Notes under the pieces: model-generated
Seen by the model: the letters and a program-made list of their open reading frames with translations, nothing else
Told to the model about the DNA's origin: nothing
The model's database searches: none
Program-made: the position numbers and the translations under genes
Shown: positions 62,465 through 64,000 of the stretch, piece by piece
Numbering within the stretch: position 1 is the first letter of the stretch
Layout of the letters: every line of letters begins with the position of its first letter
Source of the DNA: Mobula hypostoma
Taxonomy: Eukaryota
Length of the DNA: 64,000 nt
Assembly: GCF_963921235.1 (NCBI RefSeq)
Contig: NC_086097.1
Coordinates: 9,982,001-10,046,000, forward strand
Direction: 5' to 3'

Positions 62465-62930
62465 CACTGTACAATGAGATTTACAGGAAGATGTTTCCTT
62501 CTTGACATTGCTACCTGCCGCATCTCCAACACTGTCCTTAAGTCAGCTGTGGGGTCATTAGCCGGGAAACGCTGTTCATTGGTGTTTCGCTCCCTTGGCC
62601 CTGGAACAACTCATGGTGGCGGAGCATCTCCCGGTCGCAAGCTGCAGTTTTGAATGGGGTTAGTTGGTCCCCAACCTCTATCCTTCCTTCACAGCCACAG
62701 CCAAACACTGCCCTCTTCTGCCTCTTCAGGCAACTTCCTGGTGGCCTTCCTGAGCCTCGTTCCAGTCGCTGCTGTATCAAAGAGTAATGTCATCGTTGTT
62801 GCACCAACAAAGCCCTGGTATCATACCTCAACAAGGTAGATGATGGTACACCAGCCAGCTTCCTTACACTCACCTGCCAGGTCTGAGTACGTCAGCCTCT
62901 TCCATTTGTGGGCAACCTCCGCTCCTTCAT
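62465..62930 (-). mobile_element. HERO/NeSL-like non-LTR fragment
   Basis: Reverse complement resembles 34520-34890 (ggaaggccaccaggaagttgcctgaagaggcagaagagggcag...tggctgtg; cccc...ctgacttaaggac). Confidence 0.55.
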
Positions 62931-63084
62931 GCATTACCATATTCAATATTATGTTTTTTTCTAGTTATTCGTTGTAATGATTTGAAAGTAGCAAACTCCT
63001 GTGATTATAATAAAAAAAAAGTAGTGAGGGTATGGATGAACATTAGTCCATAATATTGGGGGAACAATTTACATATTCACCATA

Positions 63085-63385
63085 TAGGTTGTCATGGTAG
63101 CATAGCATTTAAAGCAATGCTTTTACAGCTTGGTGCATCAGAGTTCAGAGTTCAACTCTAATATGCTTGGCAAGAAAGTTTGTACATCCTCCCTGTGATT
63201 GTATTGGTTTCCTCTGGGTGCTCTGGTTTCCTCCCACAGTTTCAAGACATAGGGGTTAGTAGGTTAATTGGTGATTGTAAATTGTACAGTGATTAGGCTA
63301 GGATTAAATAGGTGGGTTGCTGGGCTGTATGGCCCATTGGGCCAGAAGTGCCTGTTCTGCTCTGTATCTCCAAATAAAATTTAAA
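63085..63385 (+). mobile_element. V-domain SINE
   Basis: ggtttcctctgggtgctctggtttcctcccacag core. ctgtatctccaaataaa tail. Confidence 0.8.
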
Positions 63386-64000
63386 AAAAAATTAAAATCT
63401 GCAACTTTTTTTGTTAGCTGCTATTATTCCCACGCTCACTCCACAGCGGAACTTAGCCAATCAGGAAGCGAAGGGTATATTTTGCTATTCCAGACCATGC
63501 CAAACTCCAGTCACATGACCAGGTGCGAGGCGTCAAATCCAGTGTGTTCCACTGGGGGTGGTGTGGCACGGTGACCAGGCTGGCATCGATGCTGCCCTCA
63601 TAATACTCGGCAAAAAACGAGCTGTGTTGTGGTCGTCTGCTGATCTCCGCAGCATTCACGGACTCAGGGCCTCAAGGTGCTGCTTTGCCTGTTTACAGCC
63701 ACCAGGAGAGAGGCGGTGATGCATGGTGCCGTCCCCAGGTGTTTGTGTGGCTCCATTTTACTGACACGTACTTGCTATCTTGAATATGCTTGGTGCTGTT
63801 GTCACAGTGCTTTGCACATTGGCCCTATAGTAATACTGTATCATTTAGCTGTATTCATGTATGGCTGAATGACAATTAAACTTGTATTGAATTAAAAAAA
63901 ACAGAACTGAATTGGGTATCAGTGACACTCCCAATGTACTTAGTGAGTCAGGCCCTTAGTTGTCAAAAAAAAAGACGTCCATTATATGACTAAAATTCAG

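Noticed and set aside
1..64000. Prokaryotic systems (CRISPR, retron, defence RT)
   Set aside because: No repeat-spacer arrays or operons; every RT is a eukaryotic non-LTR or Penelope type.

Overview
Eukaryotic, AT-rich, repeat-dense DNA. The repeat families (CR1 LINEs with an SGNH-esterase ORF1, V-domain SINEs, Penelope pseudo-LTRs, Rex1/Babar) point to a cartilaginous fish, probably a ray; this is inferred from repeat content only. Most of the window is nested, mostly decayed retroelements: CR1, Rex1/Babar, RTE and RTE-derived non-autonomous elements, Penelope-like elements with minimal hammerhead ribozymes, R4/Dong-like and HERO/NeSL-like RLE elements, one near-full-length I/Nimb-clade LINE (ORF1 zinc knuckles; APE-RT-RNase H), four solo LTRs and small hAT and Tc1 MITEs. 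Almost every ORF in the track is transposon-derived or an antisense shadow. One good and one or two weaker minus-strand exon candidates suggest this is intronic sequence of a large host gene that I could not identify. I cannot support a wholly new biological system. The best leads are: a Nimb LINE inserted at the predicted TSS of a solo LTR; a SINE-Rex chimera copied 35 kb away; Penelope hammerheads; and RTE-derived modules shared between SINE families. Element boundaries without a TSD are approximate.
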